Shown piece by piece: positions 1 through 11,300 of a stretch of DNA of 64,000 nucleotides (within the stretch, counting starts at the first letter, position 1; every line of letters starts with the position of its first letter). The position numbers were made by a program, and so were the translations under genes. This DNA comes from Adineta vaga (Eukaryota > Animalia > Rotifera). The notes under the pieces are model-generated. The model was not told where the DNA came from and ran no database searches. It saw only the letters and a list, made by a program, of their open reading frames with translations. The stretch spans positions 1,674,001 through 1,738,000 of the forward strand of contig CP075493.1 in the NCBI GenBank assembly GCA_021613535.1. Direction: 5' to 3'.

Positions 1-161
1 TTTCTTCAAAAAATCGATATGAGTGTATTTCATATTAGTTTATCTAAACAATCATTTCTTTTTTTGATCTTCTCTATCACCATTTTATTCTTGTTCTTTG
101 ATGTCATGAAATAGTTTCAACGATTCATTTTATCTGAAACATTTGATATAAACGAGTGTCT

Positions 162-950
162 TTGAAACTATCTCAGTCATCAACATGGCTCGATCGTGTG
201 CCGACTGAAATTATTTTTCTCATATTCGATTATTTATCAAATGATGATATTTTTCATTCATACTTCTTCGTCAGTGAACGAACAAACTATCTACTAGTAC
301 AAAATGCACATTATTAGAAAGATGCAGCATTATCTTTGATCAAGAACAGTACTTTTCTTCCATCGATTTGTTCTCAAATCGGTCCATTAAAAATAAATAT
401 TCAAGATCTTTCAATTCCATTTTTATGCGAGATTACCAAGAGATATTCAAAAACTCAATTGTTTCTTATCAGATTTTCCAGATAATTATCGGTCTAGTTA
501 CAACACATGCAGATTATGTCTATACATTACCATTTTATTTTGAAAATGTTTATAAATTTCCAAAGAATTTCAATGATGTCAAATGTATTATTCAAAAATG
601 TTTGGAAACGATTCCTTCACTATGATATAAAATGAAATCAATTGAATTACAATGTTCAGAAGAAATTTTTACATCAAGTTTTTTTTCACGAACTCAAAAT
701 CAAAATGCTAAAATTAGTTTTGATCAAATTTGATAAACTTAGCTCAGAAAGACATTCGCAGGAGACAACACCTCAATCCTATACTCATTTCAATATTCTA
801 ATTCCATGGAACCATCGATGAGCGCTCTTCCGTACTTAAATTTTGTAATGCTGAAGATAAAATCACAACATGTGTAGATGAGAGTTTTAGACCTGACGAT
901 TTAATCAAATATTCAATCCATTAATCTTCATATGGATTGTTTGGCAAGTG
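162..950 (+). pseudogene. Degraded F-box-domain protein gene (type expanded in bdelloids)
   Basis: Frame from 162 reads LKLSQSSTWLDRVPTEIIFLIFDYLSNDDIFHSYF (F-box-like L-x-x-x-P-x-E-I-x-x-x-I-F-x-Y-L), with no ATG and a TAG stop at 315-317. Downstream fragments in other frames (e.g. YTLPFYF in ORF 368-625) are broken by stops. The 3' limit is approximate. Confidence 0.6.
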
Positions 951-1106
951 AATTCGAATGGTACGCGAATATTATTCTTCATTTCTGATGACTATGAAAG
1001 CAAATATTTGATTACTATAGTCGATGAATCACTGCCAATAGAAACAGAAAGAAAAACAAAACATATTTACTGTTAACTATACATCCATTTTTTCAACATC
1101 ATCATC

Positions 1107-1370
1107 ATGTTTGATGATATACAAAACCTGATTTTATTAATTGTATTTGTGGTAATCGGTGTTATTATATTTATATGTTGTATTTATTGTTGTGCTTGTA
1201 AACCAGCATGTGCGAATGCCCGTCGACGAATCATTCGTGGACAAATAGCACGTGATGAAGAAGCTATTGAACGTGAACGTGAAACAAGTCGAAATGAAAT
1301 ACGTGAAACATTATCAGCGAATGAACAAACAAGAAATGAAATTCGAAATAAATATAACCTCAGAAAATGA
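1107..1370 (+). CDS. Small single-pass membrane protein resembling the C-terminal half of PTTG1IP/PBF
   Basis: 87-aa intronless ORF: hydrophobic helix, Cys cluster (ICCIYCCAC), then a charged helix ending RNEIRNKYNL, similar to the PTTG1IP tail (RHDEIRKKYGL). No N-terminal PSI domain. Confidence 0.65.
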   Translation: MFDDIQNLILLIVFVVIGVIIFICCIYCCACKPACANARRRIIRGQIARDEEAIERERETSRNEIRETLSANEQTRNEIRNKYNLRK

Positions 1371-1524
1371 TAAAACAAAACGAGTTTGTCTTTTGTTAAA
1401 TTTCTTTTTTTTTTCCTTGTGCAAAAAATAAACACAGATTTTATTGTGTAATTATTCTGATAATTATGTCTGAGATGATTATTACCTTCAAAACTAAAAG
1501 AAACGTAAACATTCAAAATGAAAG

Positions 1525-2367
1525 TTAATATGAAGGTTTAAAGAATAACATTGATCTTCTATTTCGAATAATTGTGTTAGGAGAGGCGATAGGTTGTGTT
1601 TGTTGTTGTTTGGGGAAACTAAGTGTAATTGTTGGTATTAATGTTTGAGGTATAGGTTGTTTCATTGGTAGTTTAATATCGTATTTTAATTCTTTGATAA
1701 ATGGTTTTATGATTGTTGTTTTCGCTCGTTTAATCATTAGTGAATTTGTTTGGTATGGTTTAGATCGTTGCGATACTTGAGGATAGATCTTTGGTTTTGA
1801 AAGACGATTGATTGTTTCTATTGTGAATGTGGTAATACCATTTCGAGTGGATCGTCGTGGAATAGGGGAATGTTGAATGAGAAGTTTCGGTTTAATTTTT
1901 ATTGGTACTTTAATTTTCGATTCATTCGTTGTTGTTGTTGTTGTAATTGAAGCTCGCTGGGGTTCTGATAAATCAGTAACTATTGAAGATGTTCTGGATG
2001 AGATTTGAGGAGCTGTTGATTGATCATTTAAAGAATAATTAGGCGGATGATGATGAAAACGATTAACGATGACTCGACGATGAAAATCTTCAATTGTATT
2101 TGTTGATAACTTACGATTGATATTTTCATTGAATTCTGATCGAATATTTGCCACTGTTTTCTTTTGTTCTTCTTCAGTTCGTGTAACATTACGTAATGGA
2201 TTTTCCACATCGGGAAAATTAAGATTGAAATCCGAGAGAAAATTCGTATGACATTTTGATAGTTCATCAAAACGATTGAGAAGATTATCGATCGAACGAA
2301 AAACTGGAATCATTGTTGTCTTTAACTCACCTTGTTTCGAAATGCAAAGAAATTGTTTGATTTTCAT
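1525..2367 (-). CDS. Uncharacterised basic, Pro/Thr/Ser-rich protein (280 aa)
   Basis: 843-nt ORF, long for AT-rich DNA, with host-like codon usage. N-terminal helical part followed by a low-complexity basic tail containing RLSKPK. A GTGAGT donor near 2330 suggests the 5' end may be spliced differently. Confidence 0.6.
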   Translation of the reverse strand: MKIKQFLCISKQGELKTTMIPVFRSIDNLLNRFDELSKCHTNFLSDFNLNFPDVENPLRNVTRTEEEQKKTVANIRSEFNENINRKLSTNTIEDFHRRVIVNRFHHHPPNYSLNDQSTAPQISSRTSSIVTDLSEPQRASITTTTTTNESKIKVPIKIKPKLLIQHSPIPRRSTRNGITTFTIETINRLSKPKIYPQVSQRSKPYQTNSLMIKRAKTTIIKPFIKELKYDIKLPMKQPIPQTLIPTITLSFPKQQQTQPIASPNTIIRNRRSMLFFKPSY

Positions 2368-2703
2368 TTTAAAAAAAAATTAATCGAAAAAGAAACATTT
2401 CTAAACCTTCGTTTATTTGTTGAATCTCATGTAATCGATAGTTTGTTTGTTTTTTTTGTCGAAAGAACTGTTTGTTTATTAGATGTACGGAAGACAAGAA
2501 GAAAAAAATCAACGACTACAATGATAAAGAAGAAAAGAATCAAACAAAACAACAATAACAAGGAAAAAAAAGAAATCCACCGTCGAATAAATCATTCGAT
2601 ATTCTCCAAAACAAGTTATGATCGTGACACAGTCTTTCTTTACTCAAATAAAAACAAGCAGAAATAAAAAAAAAAACAAATAACTAGAATATATGTTCGT
2701 AAT

Positions 2704-3936
2704 CTATTCGTCATTTTCACTGGATGCGGCGCCTGTGCCATTCACGCCATTGGTCTGTCGAGATTTACGTTCACGTGGACTTTTCTTTGGTGATCGATCT
2801 AATACATTCAATTCATCGATTTGTTTTTTCGAAAAACAAACCAAAAGGCAAACTTACTTTGAGCAAGATGGTGTTTTGGAATCCAATCAACATCATAATT
2901 ACCTTTACCTCCTTGAGTTCCGAGATTTTGTGAACCTAATTTTGCACTAACTCGTTTGACGCGATTTGCAAGTAAATATTGATAAGCTAAAAATCCCAAA
3001 AGAACTAAGATTGCACCGAGAAAAATGTAAAGAAAGAATCTAAAAGAACCGAACAAATTCATTTTTTGTTTTTCACTTTTGAATACAAATTTTTCTTACG
3101 TTTCTCCATCAAATCCTTCTTCAGCATCAATAAAATTAATTGTTTGATTGAAAACAACATTTTGAAAACGTTTTCCTTCCTAAATACAAAGGACAATTCG
3201 TTTTCTTCAAGAAAAAAAAAGTCAAGATCAAATCTCATACATTATTTCGATAATTAACCAGAACAACTAAACCCATTGGTCGACCATTAAAAGTTTCACT
3301 TGGCATAAATAAATATTCAAATGTTGATTCTAAACCAGGTTCAACAACTTTTTCCGATCGTAAAGCAGTAAAATTTTGAATATAATAAGTAAAATCTTGT
3401 GGATAACGTAATGAACCATCAATGGATTCGACAACGAAATTTTGTGTACCATTATTACGTGCACCGACAAGTAAACGAGTTAATTTACCAGCAAATAATT
3501 CTTGAAAAAAAACCCTGACCTAAGACGCCCGATTCGATCTTATCAAGTTTCAACATACCGTTAGTTCGAGGTGGTTGAATGAAAACATAGTTTGTACGAA
3601 ATTCCGGTGATGATGGTATACGATCGGAATCTTCGTCATCTTTAGTTTCCTAAAAGAATATTCAAATCAATTGAATGAACTTTCCTGATAAAACTTCAAT
3701 TCATACGAGAGTATCAGCTGTAGGTATTTCTGTTTCATCTGGACGTAAAATCGTTTCTTCTTCATCACCAATATCCACATCCGCATCGACTTTATCTTCT
3801 TTACCATAAACAACTGAAAGACGAAAAATTCGGGGATGTTTTTTATCGACGAAGATTTGAATAGAAATTTACCTGTTGTGGTAAAATAAAGTAAACCAAA
3901 GATGGTTAGAAGTGAAAATAATCGAATGATGTTCAT
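2704..3936 (-). CDS. SSR1: Translocon-associated protein subunit alpha (TRAP-alpha), multi-exon
   Basis: Spliced translation: signal peptide MNIIRLFSLLTIFGLL, acidic N-terminus, then FVVESIDGSLRYPQDFTYYIQNFTA...STFEYLFMPSETFNGRPMGLVVLVNY...VFNQTINFIDAEEGFDGET, TM helix, YDVDWIP, SPRERK, and TAG at 2704-2706. Canonical GT-AG introns. Confidence 0.95.
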
Positions 3937-4329
3937 GATGAAAAAACAAACGAAAGACGATGGATGGATAATGTATATGTGACAGACAACAGATGCGATC
4001 GAATCGAAACGAACGAAGCAATTTAACCAACACGCATACCAGTTTTACTGAACCAATAATAAAACGATCGATGCGTGGCTTAGTTCACTTCGACAAGAAT
4101 AAATGAAATAATTAATAAAAGTTAATTTTAATGAATAATTTCATATTAGAAAAAGACTTTTTTAGAATTTTCAACTGACATCTTTATCTTTATGAAAGAA
4201 AATAGCGACGATATTCTAATTGGTTCTTACATATCCAAGTGAGTTAAGAAACAATTGCCTCGTCGTCCTCGTCTATTCTTTACTAACTAAATATTAAACA
4301 ATCAAAATCGTTGTATTTTTTATCTTAAA
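3937..4329. promoter_or_regulatory. Putative bidirectional promoter between SSR1 and PSMA6
   Basis: Head-to-head start codons ~393 bp apart (3936 minus, 4330 plus). Confidence 0.5.
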
Positions 4330-5431
4330 ATGAGTCGGACAGCTTCAGCCGGTTTCGATCGTGATATTACAATCTTTTCACCAGAAGGACGACTTTATCA
4401 AGTTGGTTAGTAGAGATCTTAATATTCTCAAAATCGATCAGTGATTTTTATTTCACTCTATGTTTAGAATATGCATTTAAAGCAATCAATCAAGGTGGTT
4501 TAACAACCATTGCTATTCGTGGTACTGATTGTGTTGTTGCAATTGCTCAAAAAAAGATTCCAGTTAGTATTGACGACTTATAAATTGATCACACTATCAT
4601 ATGTAATTGTTACAATCATATTTAGGACAAATTACTTGATGCATCATCGGTTACTCATTTACATGCCATTACACCAACTGTTGGATGTTTAATGACAGGC
4701 ATGATTGGTATGTATTCGACGTGTTCATTGATTTGATATGAAATTTCAAATTCGAAATTGTTTAATCTTTTCGTATTTAGCTGATTCTCGATGGCAAGTA
4801 CAACGTGCTCGTTATGAAGCTGCATCATGGAAATATAAATTTGGATATGATATACCTGTCGATGCTATTTGTCGTCGTGTTGCTGATATTTCTCAAGTTT
4901 ATACTCAAGAAGCTGAAATGAGACCACTCGGATGTTGTAAGTTGATTTGAATTGCTTTTATTTAACCTATGAAATCATTTAGGTATGATTTTATTTGGTA
5001 TGGATGAAGAAAAAGGTCCAATGTTATATAAAACTGATCCAGCTGGTTATTTCTGTGGTTTTCGCGCTACAAGTGCTGGTGTTAAACAAACTGAAGCAAA
5101 TAATTTCTTAGAGAAACGTATTAAGAAAAAAGCCGATTTAAATTTTGAAGAAGCTATTGAAGTAATTTCGATTGAAAAGAGAATTTACTTATTTAAATTT
5201 CAAATTCTTTCGTTTTCTAGTTGGCTATTTCAACATTATCTAGTGTTCTTTCAACAGATTTAAAACCCAATGAAATTGAAATCGGTGTTGTAACAAAAGA
5301 CAACGTGAATTTTCGGTATATGATGATGATGATGATGATTTTCTCGAATTCATCTTGTTTTTTCTTCTTCTAGAGTATTAACCGAAAGTGAAGTCGAACA
5401 ACATTTAACACGAATTGCCGAAAAAGAATAA
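4330..5431 (+). CDS. PSMA6: Proteasome subunit alpha type-6, multi-exon
   Basis: [38 protein letters not shown]...[28 protein letters not shown]...[15 protein letters not shown]...YKTDPAGY...[13 protein letters not shown], with TAA at 5429-5431. Confidence 0.97.
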
Positions 5432-6626
5432 ACTCATGTTTTCAATACAAGATTATGTTCAAAACAAAAATCCAGAAATGTTGTTATAAACTTCTTCTTT
5501 TTTTTTATTATTGTAATGAAAAACATTTCTTTCTTTTGATGACAATATAGTTCATTTAAATCAATCAATACTTTTTTCTTTTTTCGAAAAATTCTCTCAC
5601 AAAAAAAGAAATTATTATATTATCATCAATGCAAAAAGTTGAGAATGAACTATCCTCCAGTGACATCTGTCTATCATATGATGTATTTATATTTTACTAT
5701 TCTATTTTGTTGACAATACAATTTCCTGCTTCCTATTCTTCATTTTTTTATCGAATGATAAACGAAGGTGATCATGTATTAATAAACATCAAAATATTCT
5801 CATGTTCTATTTATCGAAGAACAACAAAACTCATGACACTACTCGATTTTTTCTAATACAAAAATAATCTACTATTACCCTTACATTTTATCGACGATAT
5901 ATAATCCCTGTGTAATTCATATTTCTTTTTTCGTCGTTTAGAACTGATTTTATTATGTGTATACACAATACACAATATTGTCGATTTGACAGTGATCTTG
6001 GAAAAGATATTTATTAACAGTAAGTATAGACGAAGGATTTATATTGAGCAAGTGGAAGGTTATTCTTAAATTTGGATGAATAAGTATACGAGCTCGAAAA
6101 ACGATTACGATAAGAAAATTGTTCGAGTGTTTTTACAAAGTACTCAACAAGAAAAAAAATGATAAAATAAAAGTTTCTGCCTGTTTTTTCTTCGCAATGG
6201 TATATGTGAGTAACCTTGAGAGACATGATTGTTAAAAACTGTCGATATTAATCGAATCACTACTTTTCACACTTAGACTTCAAGTATCAAACTTTTGTTC
6301 TAGTGAATAGAAATTACGTTTTTTTCTTCTTCTAAATATCGATTTCAAACCATACTTTATAAACACTTGAAGTTATTATTCAGAAAAAGTAAAAAAAAAT
6401 GTCGATATCGATTTCAAATACTATCTTTTCAATCATAATGAAAATTCATACTTGACAGAATTGTTTGCTTTATTGACAACTGTTGTAAAACTCGATATAT
6501 CAACTGGGTTCTTTTTTTTTATTATCGTGTCCCATGATTTGATATTATTCATTCAAGATTATTGGTTGAAATGTTTCTGTAATTTATTTGTTTAGTTATA
6601 CATACAAAATATACATATGACGAATA

Positions 6627-8070
6627 ATGATCAACGAAACACGTAAATAATTTCAAATTAAAGAAGAAAAAATGTTCATTATTTCTTGAAAAATATAGAT
6701 GAAAATGCGAATATTTTAATATCATCATCAACGATTAATACGTCAACAAATACGAATCAATTTCGAATTGGAGTTTGTTTAGCACTTGCATCGAGTTTAT
6801 TTATTGGAACAAGTTTTATTTTGAAAAAGAAAGGTCTACTCAAATTAACCGTTTATAATGGCGCAATTCGAGCAGGTTTTATTCTTTGATTTCTATGCGA
6901 AAATTTATTTCCTTCTTTTCAATCAAAGGATCAGGTGGTTTTGGATATTTACGTGAAATTCAATGGTGGATTGGTTTAATAACTATGGGCCTTGGTGAAG
7001 TTTGTAATTTTGCTGCATATGGATTTGCACCTGCATCCGTTGTGACACCTCTTGGTGCACTTTCTGTTTTAGTCAGGTATAATGACTTTATGTTTGTTCT
7101 TTTTCAATTTCCTCTTTGTGTTTTTTTTTCTAGTGCTTTATTAGCTGTTCGATTTTTAGGTGAAAAATTGAATAGATTTGGTAAAATTGGTTGTATTCTA
7201 ACTATCTCAGGATCAATTATTATTATTATTCATGCACCAAAAGATAGTGATGTGAATTCTTTACTTGATTTTGCACAGAAAATAAAAACACGAGGTAAGA
7301 AATGATTCATTCTTTTTTTATTTTAATATTATTTCTTCTCTTGATAGAATTTCTACTATTTTCATTACTAACTTGCCTTTCAATTGTTTGTCTAATTACT
7401 CATTATGGTCCACGATTAGGTTCAAAACATGTTCATATCTATATTCTTATTTGTTCTCTTCTGGGTGCATTTACTGTAACAGCATGTAAAGGATTAGGAG
7501 TTGGTTTACGAGAATTATTTTATCAAGAACAAACCTATTCAAAAGGATTAACATTTTTATGTGCAATTGTCATTATTTTTTGTATACTTGTTCAAATGAT
7601 TTATCTTAATCGAGCATTGGATTTATTTTCGACTCCAATTGTAACGACTGTTTATTATGTTCTTTTTACAACATGTGTCTTAATAACATCAGGAATACTT
7701 TTTCGTGAATGGGTACAATTGAAATTAATGGATTTAGTCGCATGTTTAATTGGATTTGCTATAACAACATGTGGATTAATATTAATTAATTATTTGAAAA
7801 CAAATTTACAATCAAGTATGAAAGATTCAATTGGAAAATCTATATTTGGATTATTCTTTGTATATTTCTATTTTAGATGATTTACTTTTTTCATACTATC
7901 CATCGAATTCCGTCTCAACAGTGAATAATAAACAACAAGAACATTATACTCAAGTCAAATCTTATGCTGATCTATTAGTTGATGATGATAATTTATCATC
8001 ACTAACGAGTTCTCTCAACGAACAACGTCAACCAATATTATTGATTGATGAACGTGATCTTAATTCTTAG
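6627..8070 (+). CDS. NIPA-family magnesium transporter (NIPA2-like), multi-exon
   Basis: ATG 6627 with a phase-1 intron (6643-6698) gives MINETHEN...IGVCLALASSLFIGTSFILKKKGL...GGFGYLREIQWWIGLITMGLGEVCNFAAYGFAPASVVTPLGALSV...YLNRALDLFSTPIVTTVYYV. These are hallmark NIPA motifs. Confidence 0.93.
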
Positions 8071-8333
8071 TCTTTGGTTTTTCTTTCACTTCTTACATAA
8101 ATGTAATTTCTTTCAACAGTGAATCTTGTTTTTTTGTTGTTGTGATGCTAAAGTAACTTTACTTTTGTTATATTATATAATCACATCTGTGTACTTCTAT
8201 GTGTATATTCGATGATTGCAATGATGACAAATGACCTTTATTTTTTTTTATTAGTACGATTGTCATCGTCAACCAAATGTTTAATACGTATGCATATTGT
8301 CTCTGATGCAAATCGAATCTAAATCTCATTTTT

Positions 8334-8358
8334 CTCTATCTCTCTCTCTCTCTCTCTC
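8334..8358. repeat. (CT)n microsatellite, representative of several (GA/CT)n tracts in the window
   Basis: ctctatctctctctctctctctctc. Similar tracts at ~8620, 9445, 14205, 15922, 19870, 26583 and 50829. Confidence 0.8.
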
Positions 8359-11300
8359 ACACTGATGTTCTTGTTGTTTTTGTTGCAATAAATATATATG
8401 TCCGATGTATGATTTAGTATTTTTTTGTGATTAATATCATTGTATTGATATATGATTTCTACAGGGAATGAAAAAGAGGAGTTTTTTTTTCATTGCTTGA
8501 GTTTTTTCTGCTTCTTCTTTTCATGTCTGTCTTTTGTTATCGGTATTATCATTTGGGATTTAGGATTCGTTTTTTCTTGCATAAGAATAACAAATGATTG
8601 ATGAGATCGGTAAGTTGAAAAGAGAGAGAGAGAGAAAACAGAAGGTTCTCTTTTTATGCGTCGTTTTTTTCTTCAACCAACGAACCGATTGAAAAATGAT
8701 GATGCGACTTAATGGATTTTGAAATCTAATCGAAGAATGATTGAAATAGGTACAATGAATGTAGGCGAGCGCATATTTGACCCTCTATGAATCGTGTAAT
8801 GATGCACGCATGGCATCTCGATAACCATTACGTCATTCGTTCTGTGTTTCTCCGTAGGTCATAAATAGCAGCAGTTGCCGCCCCATGACCAATCGATTCA
8901 ATGACTACGGGCATACGTTTATTTGTACGTTGAACTTTCGATAGCACAGCGTCTATGTTACTTGTTTCTAATAATGAATGTCGATTCTTCTGACGACATT
9001 ATGTCTAATTAGAATATCTACAACTATGCACGTGGTACTCATCTTTCTAATCTTAATCATGCTCATCTCTTTAGAAAAACATTAGAGTAACGAGAAAAAG
9101 GCAAAGGAACAAAAAAATGTCATTGCCAAATTATCTGTGGACTCAACAAAGAAACTTCAGATCGAAGGTTAGCATAATATGACTTTTCTAGTCAAATTTA
9201 TAGTATGTATGCATGTATGTAAAGATACGGAAGGAAACAAGGTCAGGAACTTCTTCCACCTTCGGCAAATAGAGAAACAGGTGGGGTTATGTATATGATA
9301 GTTACATAATAGGATCAAGCTGATAATTGTTCGACAAAAGAAAATGATCTATGTCGATCATTCATCACAAATATTATTATCTTTTTAGATACAATCCAAC
9401 CTTAGTGTCCTTGACAAGAATATTTAGCATAAACCGTCTCTTTCTTCTCTCTCTCTCTCTCTCATTCGATCTTCATGTTATCGTATGAATCACATTTTAT
9501 TATAAATTGCAGCAATAAAAAGAAAAGGTACGTTATTTATTGAATGATTATAGCAATATAATGAATAAGTGAATAGTAATTTATGAGGGATCAAGAAAAG
9601 AACATCAAGTTGAAAGACATCCGATGATTCACTAATAGATTCCAAAGATTTTTTCTCTTTTCTGAAAAAAACAGATTTGTTCACACTAGATGTTGTCTAT
9701 CTCCCTTTTTTCTTCTCTGTCAATTTGTCAGTTAATCATGTTTCTGTCAAGGTCTCGTCCTTGAAGTAACAACAACAACAAGAGCAACGAAATGTTTCAA
9801 TTCACTGTTTTCTGATTACTTCATTCCATGTTGCTTTTGCGTTCACAGACTCGAAGTCTTTTCTTTCCCATCGAATGTATACACGACAGTCAAACATTGA
9901 CACGTCGTCAACAGCGTATTGAGAATATAGTCCCGTTTGCTTGATTAGCTTCACAATATTTTTTTTTCTTCATACATAGTGATAGTCTCCACCCTACTGT
10001 TCAAATATTCACTTCAACAGACTGCGTTAATCATAAGGGAAGAAAAAAAAACTTGAAGTAAACGAAGAAAAACATCTTGATCTTCTCGAAAGCTGATCAT
10101 ATTTGATATTGTTCGGGTAAAGCAAGTTCGATGTTTTTTTTTCTCATCATTGTATGAAGAGAAGATTAATTGATTCTTGTTCTTTTCAATAACGTTTCTT
10201 TCTCTCTTTCTTTCTAACACATCGAGTACTAAGTCTGTTAGAACCGACAAGTATCATATGTATATCGAGAACAAAATTGATTCGAACATGAAGTGATGCA
10301 ATATGAGAATGTATTGCCTATGATGGGATATTCGTTTTCGTACGAACCTTTCTGATGATACTAATAGTCGAACGAAACGATTTTTCTTCTTCTTTTTCTC
10401 TTTTGATTAAGTTTTATTTACCTCATATAATCGTTTCTTTTTTGTTGAACACGTTCGTTCTTTTTTCGGTTTTATATTCATATTGTATTAGATATACGTA
10501 TATTGAAAGAGAGGATATGTAATTGATATCTTAATATTGACAATAACGGAGAAAACAAATCAGTTTATGTTGTGTCTTTATGGACATTTAGCAGTTTTTT
10601 TTTCATTATTTTGCTTTTCATGGAAATGTAAGCGTATTATAATGAACAGTCTTCATTTCTTTTCTTGAGAAAGACATTTTCTTTGTGAAAGTAAATAGCA
10701 TATACAGATGAAGAGAAGATTATGACATTTGATCGACTACTTCGTGAACATCGCCAGATGCTTTGCACATGAGTTAGTTGTCTAATGGAATCTATATATT
10801 ACTCGTTGTTTAAATAGAGAATCAATTCACTAATGTGACTTTAGTGAATGTCTATTAATGAGTACTTTATCAAAACATTTCTTCGTTATTTTAAAGAAGT
10901 TTTATTCTCTTTGTCTTCATTCATTATCTATGAACCATGTTGAGAATGCATTTGGGAACTGAACAAAACGATTTCTTCGTTTACAATTATTTGGTAAGTA
11001 TTTGTATGAAGAAAAAAAAAGTGAAAGTTTTCTATACTTCCGGTCTGATGAATCTTGCCCTTGACCTAGACATTGATTCTGTTTTTTTTTGATGGAGATC
11101 AATGTCTTCCTTTCTATGTTTCTATATCGGCAAACAGAACGACTGATCTCTTTTCTTGCTTATATTCACATTCAAAAGCGATTAGGTAATTTTCTTCTCG
11201 ATATTATCGAGTTACTTGCTTCTTTGACCGCATTTTCTCTCATCTTATATTCTTACCATCGATTATCTCTATCAAAGATTAATTAGTAACTGTTTGCATC

